Positions 10,823-18,822 of a stretch of 64,000 bases of DNA are shown here, piece by piece. Position 1 is the stretch's first letter, and each line of letters begins with the position of its first letter. Origin of the DNA: Candidatus Omnitrophota bacterium (GTDB lineage: Bacteria > Omnitrophota > Gorgyraeia > Duberdicusellales > 4484-171); contig PMCS01000029.1 in the NCBI GenBank assembly GCA_003154195.1, positions 208,703 to 272,702 of the forward strand. The letters are read 5' to 3'. The position numbers and the translations under genes are program-made. A model generated the notes under the pieces. That model was given only the letters and a program-made list of their open reading frames with translations. It had not been told where the DNA came from and did no database searches.

Positions 10823-10882
10823 AATTCGACTACAGCCTCAATCTGCGCCCCTAGCGGGGCTTGATTTCGGCTGAGTCTCATT
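10823..10882 (-). repeat. Boxed hairpin cassette (AATGAGACT...TAGTCGAATT family)
   Basis: Reverse complement reads aatgagactc-agccgaaatcaagcccc gcta ggggcgcagattgaggctg-tagtcgaatt; arms shared with 17542-17652 and 28019-28165. Confidence 0.8.
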
Positions 10883-10885
10883 GAA

Positions 10886-11260
10886 ATGCCTAAGAAAATT
10901 TTAATTGTAGACGACGATAAAGATATCGTCAAGCTTATTGCTTCGCGGTTGAAAGCCAACGGCTATGATGTTGCAGCGGCCGGCGACGGCGTACAGGCAA
11001 TGACTGCGGTGAACACGGAAAACCCCGACCTTGTCATCCTTGATATAAGAATGCCGGCGGGCGGGGGATTAAGTGTTTATGAGAACCTAAAAAAATCTTT
11101 TAAAACCAGTATGATACCGATACTTTTTATGACCGCCTATTCCGAAGACCCGTTATGGATGAATATCCTGGATATGGAAGGAACAGATAATTACCTCACT
11201 AAACCCTTTGGGGCTAAAGCGCTTCTGGAAAAAGTGAAGAATATTTTTGAGGAAAAATAA
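10886..11260 (+). CDS. Single-domain response regulator
   Basis: ILIVDDD, LDIRMPAGGG, MTA, KPF. Confidence 0.92.
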   Translation: MPKKILIVDDDKDIVKLIASRLKANGYDVAAAGDGVQAMTAVNTENPDLVILDIRMPAGGGLSVYENLKKSFKTSMIPILFMTAYSEDPLWMNILDMEGTDNYLTKPFGAKALLEKVKNIFEEK

Positions 11261-11458
11261 AAAAATTTCACCACAGAGGGTATAGAAAAGTACCGAGGGA
11301 TGAATGATGATGGATGAAGGAAGATAGAAAACCAAAAAACTTTTGTCCTCAGATTACGCAGATTCTACAGATTGATTAACCGGATTTTTCTTTTAATATT
11401 ATCCCGATTTATATTTTTCTAAGAAATCTGTGAAATTAATAGTTTTGTAAATATAGGC

Positions 11459-11486
11459 TTGTTATTTTTCCTGTTTTTGTTATAAT
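11459..11486 (+). promoter_or_regulatory. Putative sigma70 promoter (extended -10) for the tRNA region
   Basis: TTGTTA, 16-nt spacer, TATAAT with a TGn extension. Confidence 0.5.
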
Positions 11487-11821
11487 TCCCAGCTGTATTT
11501 ATATAGAGGCTAAGTTCCATCAACCAAGAGGCATTCAAATACTATGGCCATGCATATCTTCGTTTTTATCATCGTTATTTTACCATTAGTTTTGTGTTGG
11601 GTGCAAATGCTTTTAGATAAGTTTATGTAGGAATTCTTTCTTTCCCTCCGTTTAGAAAAACGTGGTAAATCGACTAAGCGTTTTTTCTTCATCTTCGATT
11701 AGGAAAAACGTGGCTTCATTGCCTGAAATCTGAGGTCGCGCTCTAAGCGCTTCCACGATTTCAGATAATTCGGCTACCAATTTTTGCTGCGTCTTAGACT
11801 TGCAAAAATTGAAGCCTCACT

Positions 11822-12145
11822 GGCGGGATAGCTCAGTCTGGTAGAGTCCCGCCTGCGCTTCGCTCGGCGGGATTAATTCAACTAAACCCGGAGTACCGGG
11901 TAAGTTTCATTGAACAAACGGCTCATACCCGCTGAAACCGATTTACCAATCGGTTTCAGAAGGGAGTATGAGGGAAGAATTCCCTCATGTAGTAGGGGTG
12001 ACAGCGACGAGCGAAGCGAGGAAGCGCCAGAGGGGCGAAGCCCCTATGGGGAACGAAGCGAAGCGAGTGACGCGAGGCTGGCGAGCCTCATAAATAAAAT
12101 ATACAGGCGAGTCCCGCCTCAAGGCGGGATCAAATCCAGTTCCCG
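11822..12145 (+). pseudogene. tRNA-Met copy split into three fragments by hairpin insertions
   Basis: Exact matches to the tRNA at 12208 in colinear order: 11822-11846 (acceptor 5' and D arm), 11915-11931 (anticodon arm), 12130-12145 (T loop and acceptor 3'). Confidence 0.85.
11875..11911 (-). repeat. 37-bp boxed hairpin cassette
   Basis: aattcaacta-aacccggagtaccgggt-aagtttcatt; near-identical copy with a compensatory base-pair change at 28113-28149. Confidence 0.85.
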
Positions 12146-12207
12146 TTGATCTTTTTAATTTCTCACAATTTCTTCTTTATTATCCATTTATAGAAAAAAC
12201 GTGGTAT

Positions 12208-12281
12208 GGCGGGATAGCTCAGTCTGGTAGAGCAAACGGCTCATACCCGTTGCGCCGCTGGTTCAAATCCAGTTCCCGCCA
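12208..12281 (+). tRNA. tRNA-Met (CAT), elongator type; CCA not encoded
   Basis: Acceptor GGCGGGA/TCCCGCC-A, D arm GCTC/GAGC, anticodon stem AACGG-CT CAT AC-CCGTT, T loop GGTTCAAATCC; 1:72 paired and no GGG/CCC initiator signature. Confidence 0.93.
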
Positions 12282-12402
12282 CGTTTTTTCTTCCCCAGTC
12301 ATATTTCCCCGTGTTGATTCCTTTTATCAAATAATCCCCCCCTTATTAGCTGATAAAAAATACGGAAAATAAGGGCTTTTAAGGTATAATAAGGTAAATA
12401 TT

Positions 12403-13152
12403 ATGATAAAAAAAATTTTTCCTCTCTTTGTGTGTTTTGCTTGTATTTATTCTCAAAATACTTTTTGTGAAAGAAAAATTTCTCCACAGGACAATACCGA
12501 CGCAAGAAAGATGTCACTTGATAAAGTACCATTAGATAAAGATGGTACTCCTATTGGCTGGAAGAAAGGTATCGAGTCAATGTGGCCGTCAGAAAAAGAT
12601 AAAAAAAGTGCCGCTAATCTTAGCGAAGAAGAATTAAAAAGTATCATCAATGAAGCTAAGAATATCTTTCAAGATATCTGGATTCCTTCATCGAACCAAA
12701 ATGGGTTTAAATATGTAAGGAAATATACGCTAGGCCCGCATAAAATTGCGTTTCAGGATTTATTAAGATGCGTGGAGTATGAAAAGAATGGATATAATAT
12801 TGTTATCTCAAGTATCCTTACCGATGCATCGAAAGGGTCGGTGGATATTAAGATAGAAAATAATAACGGCATCTTAAACGATAAAGATATAACTTCTCCA
12901 GAGCAATATATAAAAGAATTTTGCAAGATATTTCTGCGGCAAAACTTATGGACAACGGGAAAAGAAGGCCAGTCTGAGTTTTATTTTAAATTTAAAAAGA
13001 ATATATTTCATGTCTGCTATATTCCCCGCGATGAGAATAAATATTATTATGTTTATCTTTATGCCAATAATAAATTTGCAGTGTTGCAGTATACTACTAT
13101 GGATATGATGAAACCAATACCTATAAACAAATTGTGGAGAAAAACTAACTAG
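12403..13152 (+). CDS. Hypothetical exported protein (AT-rich)
   Basis: 249-aa ORF with a signal-peptide-like N-terminus; TATAAT at 12385; lies between the tRNA and a tRNA remnant. Confidence 0.7.
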   Translation: MIKKIFPLFVCFACIYSQNTFCERKISPQDNTDARKMSLDKVPLDKDGTPIGWKKGIESMWPSEKDKKSAANLSEEELKSIINEAKNIFQDIWIPSSNQNGFKYVRKYTLGPHKIAFQDLLRCVEYEKNGYNIVISSILTDASKGSVDIKIENNNGILNDKDITSPEQYIKEFCKIFLRQNLWTTGKEGQSEFYFKFKKNIFHVCYIPRDENKYYYVYLYANNKFAVLQYTTMDMMKPIPINKLWRKTN

Positions 13153-13267
13153 AACCGGTGTCTAGATAATATCCAAAAACAAATATTAGACAAAAAGGAG
13201 GCAACTTAATACGTGGAAGTTTTACTAAATTCTAAGGCCTTACCATAGGAACCCTAAAAAATTTCCG

Positions 13268-13291
13268 GGCTCATACCCGTTATGTCGTCGG
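13268..13291 (+). repeat. tRNA-Met anticodon-arm remnant (possible att scar)
   Basis: ggctcatacccgtt is identical to 12238-12251, followed by a diverged atgtcgtcgg versus gcgccgctgg. Confidence 0.55.
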
Positions 13292-13345
13292 CTTGAAGAG
13301 TGTAGGCCGGAATCGCTAAAATTATTCAAATAAAGACAAGGGCAA

Positions 13346-14647
13346 TTGTTTTTAAAAGGATATAACAAATTGGGCAAGATATTACAAAAAATATTTATCA
13401 TATTACTTTACGCGTTTATCGCGCTGGTATTATTTCAGCAATTCTACCCCGTCAAAATTAACGACCGCGATTTGATTTATTACCCTCCGAAGGTAAAAGA
13501 TGAAGATAATGCTTATATAAAATTACTGCCTTGGTTAAAGAATATGAACGATAAGCAGCTTCGCCGCCAAATAAGGGCGTTGGCTAATAGTAGGGATTTC
13601 GATAAAACAAAAGCCGAAGAAATATTATCTTTACACCAACCCTTATTGGAAGTCTTCCATCAGGCGTTATTGTTGGATTATTTTCGTCCCCCTTCAGAAA
13701 TAGATGGTGTTTACAATAGGAAAAGTGAGGGCGAGCTATTAAAAACATTTTTTTTAAGCAGTTTGCAGGTGATTTATATAAAGAAGCTGATTAATGAGAA
13801 TAAATACCCGGAAGCTTTTTATGAGATATCGCGATTGGCTAAGTGGGCAAGGATGCTCGATGATTCCGGAGAGATTTATATTTACGGGTTGACAAACGAA
13901 AGACGGACAATCGGACTTATCCGGGAATGGGCGGAAAAAGCAAGTTTTGACAGGAAATATTACCGGGGTTTCAGGAAAGAAATAGAAAGTTTTTTGAAAA
14001 ATGGCACCACGGAAGAATTTATCAGGATTGATTATACTACGACTTTGATTTCGATGAGATTGGCATCCGGGGATAATCCCTATAATTTATACGACAAAGG
14101 AAAGATAAATAAATTTATCCCCATAAAATATATTTATAACCGGGAGGCCACGAGAAATGATCTGGCAGGATGTTACCGGCGTATTTTAGTTGCCTTGGAA
14201 GGAAACTATCGGGATATTTCTAATATTGGAGAACCTCTATTATTCAGGAATAGGCTTTTAAAAGGGTTAAGATACCTGTCCGGTAATATTGTAGGGAAAA
14301 TCCTGGTGAAAATATTGATACCGAATCATGTTCGCATGATGACCGGGGATATCCTCGAGCTGAACGCGCAGGGAAAACTTACCAAGCTATTTCTTGCCCT
14401 GAAAGATTATTATGCCGGACAAAAAACTTTGCCGAAAAATTTAGCTGTTTTAGTCCCCGATTATATCGAGGCGATTCCTAAAGACCCTTACGATAATAAA
14501 GAATTAAAATATTCCCCGAAAGAAAAGATAATTTATAGCGCCGGCTATGATATTTTAAGTACCGAAGGCTGTCTTGCCGGGGCGCATGGCAGGCATGGCT
14601 GTTCCGACGAAGCTCTGCGCATCAAATTAAATTTTGGAAGCAATTGA
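13346..14647 (+). CDS. Hypothetical membrane-anchored protein with GspG-like C-terminal motif
   Basis: N-terminal TM; C-terminal LPKNLAVLVPDYIEAIPKDPY...IYSAGYD resembles the pseudopilin-type DPF/YSxGxD tail; start uncertain. Confidence 0.65.
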   Translation: MFLKGYNKLGKILQKIFIILLYAFIALVLFQQFYPVKINDRDLIYYPPKVKDEDNAYIKLLPWLKNMNDKQLRRQIRALANSRDFDKTKAEEILSLHQPLLEVFHQALLLDYFRPPSEIDGVYNRKSEGELLKTFFLSSLQVIYIKKLINENKYPEAFYEISRLAKWARMLDDSGEIYIYGLTNERRTIGLIREWAEKASFDRKYYRGFRKEIESFLKNGTTEEFIRIDYTTTLISMRLASGDNPYNLYDKGKINKFIPIKYIYNREATRNDLAGCYRRILVALEGNYRDISNIGEPLLFRNRLLKGLRYLSGNIVGKILVKILIPNHVRMMTGDILELNAQGKLTKLFLALKDYYAGQKTLPKNLAVLVPDYIEAIPKDPYDNKELKYSPKEKIIYSAGYDILSTEGCLAGAHGRHGCSDEALRIKLNFGSN

Positions 14648-14688
14648 TGCAAGTATTTTAAACCAACGCATTTTTCGGGTAATATAAA

Positions 14689-15351
14689 TTAAAACTTATA
14701 CGTGACGCCGATAGCGGCTACGGGATAATATTGGTATTTTTTAACATCATCCCGCACATTATCTTTTTCCCGGTCCAGTTCGGTTAAAAAAGCCGCATTA
14801 TTTGCCAGTGTGCCATTTGCGCTTAAATCCACATGGGGAGAACCCTGGAACATTACCCCCAAATCAAAATTTATCGACCAGTTTGAATTTTTGCCAAAAG
14901 GATTGCCCCAGCCGATTCCCGCGTATGGCGCAACTTTGTTGAAATCAACTCTGCCGGTTACTGTTCCGGCCTGGGCGGCGCTATAGGTGACATTTCCTAT
15001 GTGATAGTTAGCGTTTGATTTTGCCGTCATGTCCAGTTTATTCTCATTAATAATAAGCCCGCCGCTTAAGCGCAGCCCTTGTTTGAAAGGAAACCAGTCT
15101 GCTAAAAAACTGAAAGACAAAAGCTTTAAATCCAGGCCATATTCAATATCGCCTTGTGTGCCGTTATAATTATGCGAAAAACCATTGCCTCCCACGCGGG
15201 CATTAAAATTATGGTTGAGTTTCAAAATTGCTTCCGCGCCGGGGCCCAGGGTGCTTAATTTTAATCCCGCGGCTAATTGGTCGCCGGCATAAACTTTTTC
15301 TAATCCCGTTACTAAGCAGATTGCAACTAAAACCAGAAAAATTTTTCTCAT
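14689..15351 (-). CDS. Outer-membrane beta-barrel protein
   Basis: Signal peptide MRKIFLVLVAICL, STLGPG, APYAGIGWGN, C-terminal GVTYKF; RBS-like GGAGGG upstream. Confidence 0.85.
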   Translation of the reverse strand: MRKIFLVLVAICLVTGLEKVYAGDQLAAGLKLSTLGPGAEAILKLNHNFNARVGGNGFSHNYNGTQGDIEYGLDLKLLSFSFLADWFPFKQGLRLSGGLIINENKLDMTAKSNANYHIGNVTYSAAQAGTVTGRVDFNKVAPYAGIGWGNPFGKNSNWSINFDLGVMFQGSPHVDLSANGTLANNAAFLTELDREKDNVRDDVKKYQYYPVAAIGVTYKF

Positions 15352-15499
15352 TTTTCCCTCCTTTTTACCTCTATTCATCCATATATCAAGGCGTGAAACT
15401 TCATATTAATTTACCTTATTTTCTGGGTGTTGTAAACAATCTTATGCAGTAAAATCAAAACCCCTTCCCATTCCGCTGATTTGGTATAAAATATTATTT

Positions 15500-16141
15500 A
15501 TGCTTTCTTCGGCAACGAAAATTTTAAAACTGTTTAAAAAAGAATACCCCGATCCGAAAATCGCCCTGGAATACTCTAATCCCTTAGAGCTTCTGGTGGC
15601 GACGATATTGTCCGCCCAATGCACGGACGTGCGGGTAAATATTGTCACTAAAACGCTTTTCAAAAAGTATAAAACTGCTGCTGAATATGCACGGGCTGAT
15701 TTAAAGGTTTTCGAGCAAGAGATACATTCCGCGGGATTTTATCACAGCAAAGCAAAAAATATCATCGCTGCCGCTAAGATGATTGAAGATTCCGGCGGTA
15801 AAGTTCCCGCAGCGATGGAGGAACTAATCAAGCTTCCCGGCGTGGCGCGAAAAACCGCCAATATCGTTCTCTTTGACGGATTCGGTAAAATAGAAGGGGT
15901 AGCAGTCGATACGCACGTGCTCAGGCTGTCGCAAAGGCTGGGATTGAGTAAAAACGATAGGCCGGAAAAAATTGAGCGGGATTTAATGAAGCTGTTCGAT
16001 AAAAAGGACTGGGGTATTCTCAACCATCTTCTGGTCGACCACGGCAGAAGAATTTGCGACGCTAAAAAACCCCGATGTCCGGAATGCGTGCTGCGTGATT
16101 TATGTCCTTCCCACGGTATCTTTTATCCCTCTGTAAAATAG
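15500..16141 (+). CDS. nth: Endonuclease III
   Basis: LLVATILSAQCTD, HhH LPGVARKTAN, VDTHV, 4Fe-4S CDAKKPRCPECVLRDLC. Confidence 0.97.
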   Translation: MLSSATKILKLFKKEYPDPKIALEYSNPLELLVATILSAQCTDVRVNIVTKTLFKKYKTAAEYARADLKVFEQEIHSAGFYHSKAKNIIAAAKMIEDSGGKVPAAMEELIKLPGVARKTANIVLFDGFGKIEGVAVDTHVLRLSQRLGLSKNDRPEKIERDLMKLFDKKDWGILNHLLVDHGRRICDAKKPRCPECVLRDLCPSHGIFYPSVK

Positions 16142-16215
16142 TTTGAGCCAAAATTACTTTCCATTCCGCGGATTATAGGATAAAATATAACAATATATTA
16201 AGATAAGAGATTAAC

Positions 16216-17637
16216 ATGAAAAATATCTACATTGCTGTATTTTTAATTTTTTCCCAAGCGCTCGCCTTGCCTTGGGCGGTTGCGCGGGATGAAGGCGAAA
16301 ATCATAAAAATAATGAAGGCCGGCTGATTACGCTTGCCGACGGCATTAAGATAGTTTCGCAAGACAGCCGGTTGATTAAAATAGCCTTTGCCGATACACA
16401 GGCGGCGATGCAGGACCTGCGCGTCGCGTTTTCTCCCCTTCTCCCCCAGGTCACTTCTTTGGTAACTGAAACCTGGCTGGTCAATCAGCCGGCGGCAAAA
16501 TTCGGCCTTTTGCGCGTCGAAAGTGCCGACCGGCAATCTCTCTCGGCCGGGGTAGCGGTATATCAAACGCTGTTTGATTTCGGCAAAAGCATTGCCGATT
16601 ATAAAAGTGCGGGAGAGATGTTGAGCGGCCGGCAGGCTAATTTAGAAATCGTGCGCCGGGCCGCGGTGCTGGAATTTATCCTGGTATACTTTGACTCTTT
16701 GGAAGCGGAAAAAATGGTTGTGGTGGCGCGAAACCAGGTTAAAAGCTTAACGGCGTTCGCCGCCGATATCGAGAATCTATATGAAGCCGGCACGGCGGTA
16801 AAAAATGATTTGCTCCCCGCGCGGGTCAGGCTTTCCGACGCGAAAGTAAAACTAATCAGCGCGCGAAATAACCGCGCGATTTACGCGGCAAGGTTTAATA
16901 ATATTCTTGCTTTGCCGCTGGGAGAAAAGGTCAGGATTCGCGATAGCCGGGTTGAGGTTGCTTATCTTCCCGGCCGCGATGAACTTTGGGAAACTGCGGC
17001 CGCAAAACGGCCGGAAATTTCTTTTATTGCCGCCCAGAAGAAAGCGTCGGCATTTCGGGAGAAATCCTTCCGGGCGCAGAATCGCCCTAAGGTCTTTGCC
17101 GAAGGCGGCTATTCCTACGCGCAAAATGAATACCAGGTGCATCAAGATAATGCTTACGTCAATGTCGGGGTAAAGTTTAATGTTTTTGACGGGCAGTTAT
17201 CCCAGGCGCAGGTTTCGAAAGAGAAGTATTTCCAGAAGCAAACCGATTTGCAAAGGGAAAAACTGGCAGAGGATATTAAATTCGAGATCGAAAGCAGTTT
17301 GTTAAATTTTAATAATGCCCTGGAAAAAACTAAAGTTAGCCGCGAGGCGCTGTCTCAGGCTCAGGAAAATGTGCGGGTTACCCGCATAAAATACAATTCC
17401 GGCAGCGCTACGACGACGGAAGTCCTGGAAGCGGTAACCCTGCAGACGTTAGCCCAGACGAATTATTATGATTCTCAGTACGATTTAAAACGCAATTACG
17501 CGCGGTTGATGTACGCGGCGGGGATGGATTTATCTTTAATTAATGAGACTTGGCCGAAATCAAGCCCGAAGTCCGTCAATTCGTTAAACGAATTGACGAG
17601 ACCTCGCCATCTATGGGATGGCGGGGGCGCAGATTGA
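16216..17637 (+). CDS. TolC family outer-membrane efflux protein (C-terminal tail supplied by a repeat element)
   Basis: Signal peptide, OEP repeats (QTLFDFG, YEAGTA, KYNSGSATTTEVLEA), upstream of EmrA/EmrB. Confidence 0.9.
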   Translation: MKNIYIAVFLIFSQALALPWAVARDEGENHKNNEGRLITLADGIKIVSQDSRLIKIAFADTQAAMQDLRVAFSPLLPQVTSLVTETWLVNQPAAKFGLLRVESADRQSLSAGVAVYQTLFDFGKSIADYKSAGEMLSGRQANLEIVRRAAVLEFILVYFDSLEAEKMVVVARNQVKSLTAFAADIENLYEAGTAVKNDLLPARVRLSDAKVKLISARNNRAIYAARFNNILALPLGEKVRIRDSRVEVAYLPGRDELWETAAAKRPEISFIAAQKKASAFREKSFRAQNRPKVFAEGGYSYAQNEYQVHQDNAYVNVGVKFNVFDGQLSQAQVSKEKYFQKQTDLQREKLAEDIKFEIESSLLNFNNALEKTKVSREALSQAQENVRVTRIKYNSGSATTTEVLEAVTLQTLAQTNYYDSQYDLKRNYARLMYAAGMDLSLINETWPKSSPKSVNSLNELTRPRHLWDGGGAD

Positions 17638-17652
17638 GGCGGTAGTCCAAAT
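17542..17652 (+). repeat. Boxed hairpin cassette, long form, overlapping the tolC 3' end
   Basis: aatgagactt...tagtccaaat with internal hairpins cgtcaattcgtt/aacgaattgacg and cgccatc/gatggcg; inverted near-identical copy at 28019-28165. Confidence 0.88.
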
Positions 17653-17823
17653 TAATTTAGGTTCGGGACATCCTGTACCTAAATATAGTTATTTTAGGGC
17701 AACGGGATAGTCGAATTTCCCGCCTTTGGCGGGATCCCGCTTCCTTAATATAACTATCCAGGGAGGCGGTGAACCCCTGAAGCGTTAGCGAAGGGGTTCG
17801 AGGCTAACTAAAGGAGAAAGACT

Positions 17824-18822
17824 ATGGAAGCGCCCAACCATAAAAAGACTAAACTATTGATTATTCTGGTCGCAGCCGCCGCGGTTGGCGGGTTTTTGGC
17901 CGGCGCGGCAATCATGCGGGCTTCCCGGTTTTTGGCTACGGATGACGCCTATATCGACGGCCGTACCCACATCGTAGCGTTTCGCGTTTCCGGTACCGTA
18001 AAGACGGTTTATGTCCAGGATAACCAGGCCGTCAAGCAGGGAGATTTGCTGGTTGAGCTCGATCCGGCGGATTATGAGTTAAAAGTCGGCGATGCCGCCG
18101 CTGCCCTGGACGCGGAGAAAGCCAAATTCATTGACGCGGGTGCCGGCATCAACGCTGCGGCGGCTAATTTTGATATCCAGGAAATAAATCTTAAGCAGGC
18201 TGTACTCGATAAAAACAGAGCGGAGGCTCTTTTCAAGGAAGGCGTGATTGCCGCGGAAAGGCATGAGAAAGTCCTTACCGCTTACAGCATGGCCGCGGCG
18301 CAGGTAACGGCGGCCGGCGAACAGTCAGCCCGGGCAAAGGCGACGGAAGATATCGAAAAATCTTTAGTAAAACAGAAGGGGGCGGCTCTGGGAACAGCGC
18401 GGTTAAATTTAAGTTATACTAAAATATACGCGCCTTGCGATGGTTATGTCACCAGAAAATCTGTGGAAATAGGAAATCGGGCGGCCGAGGGGCAGCCGTT
18501 GATGGCGGTGATTGCCCTGAACGATATCTGGATAACCGCTAATTATAAAGAAACGCAGTTAAGAAAAGTGAAGCCGGGCCAGAGCGTATCGATTAAGGTC
18601 GACGCTTATCCCTCTAAGCATTTTACGGGAAGGGTCGAAAGTATCATGGCCGGCACCGGCGCGGCCTTTTCGTTATTCCCGCCGGAAAACGCCCTGGGCA
18701 ATTATGTCAAAGTCGTGCAGAGGGTTCCGGTGAAAATAACGATCGATAAAAATAACGGCCAGAACCGTATCCTGCGTATCGGCATGTCCTGCGTAACGGT
18801 CATCAATACCAAAGATGAGTAA
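17824..18822 (+). CDS. emrA: EmrA/HlyD family membrane fusion protein
   Basis: TDDAYIDG, lipoyl-like halves, ANYKETQL, GAAFSLFPPENALGNYVKVVQRVPV. Confidence 0.92.
   Translation: MEAPNHKKTKLLIILVAAAAVGGFLAGAAIMRASRFLATDDAYIDGRTHIVAFRVSGTVKTVYVQDNQAVKQGDLLVELDPADYELKVGDAAAALDAEKAKFIDAGAGINAAAANFDIQEINLKQAVLDKNRAEALFKEGVIAAERHEKVLTAYSMAAAQVTAAGEQSARAKATEDIEKSLVKQKGAALGTARLNLSYTKIYAPCDGYVTRKSVEIGNRAAEGQPLMAVIALNDIWITANYKETQLRKVKPGQSVSIKVDAYPSKHFTGRVESIMAGTGAAFSLFPPENALGNYVKVVQRVPVKITIDKNNGQNRILRIGMSCVTVINTKDE

Noticed and set aside
11654-11821. T-box riboswitch
   Set aside because: No GGTGGNACCGCG T-box consensus or stem I motifs, and the downstream gene is a tRNA.
11847-12129. Group I/II intron or archaeal-type tRNA intron
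   Set aside because: No recognisable catalytic core or bulge-helix-bulge, insert positions are non-canonical, and 14 nt of the tRNA are missing at the second junction.
11910-12149. 79-aa ORF
   Set aside because: It is the translation of stacked hairpin repeats and tRNA fragments, with a TTG start and no RBS.
12208-12281. Initiator tRNA-fMet or tRNA-Ile2
   Set aside because: The 1:72 pair is intact and there is no GGG/CCC anticodon stem. The sequence looks like elongator Met, though Ile2 cannot be fully excluded without a model search.
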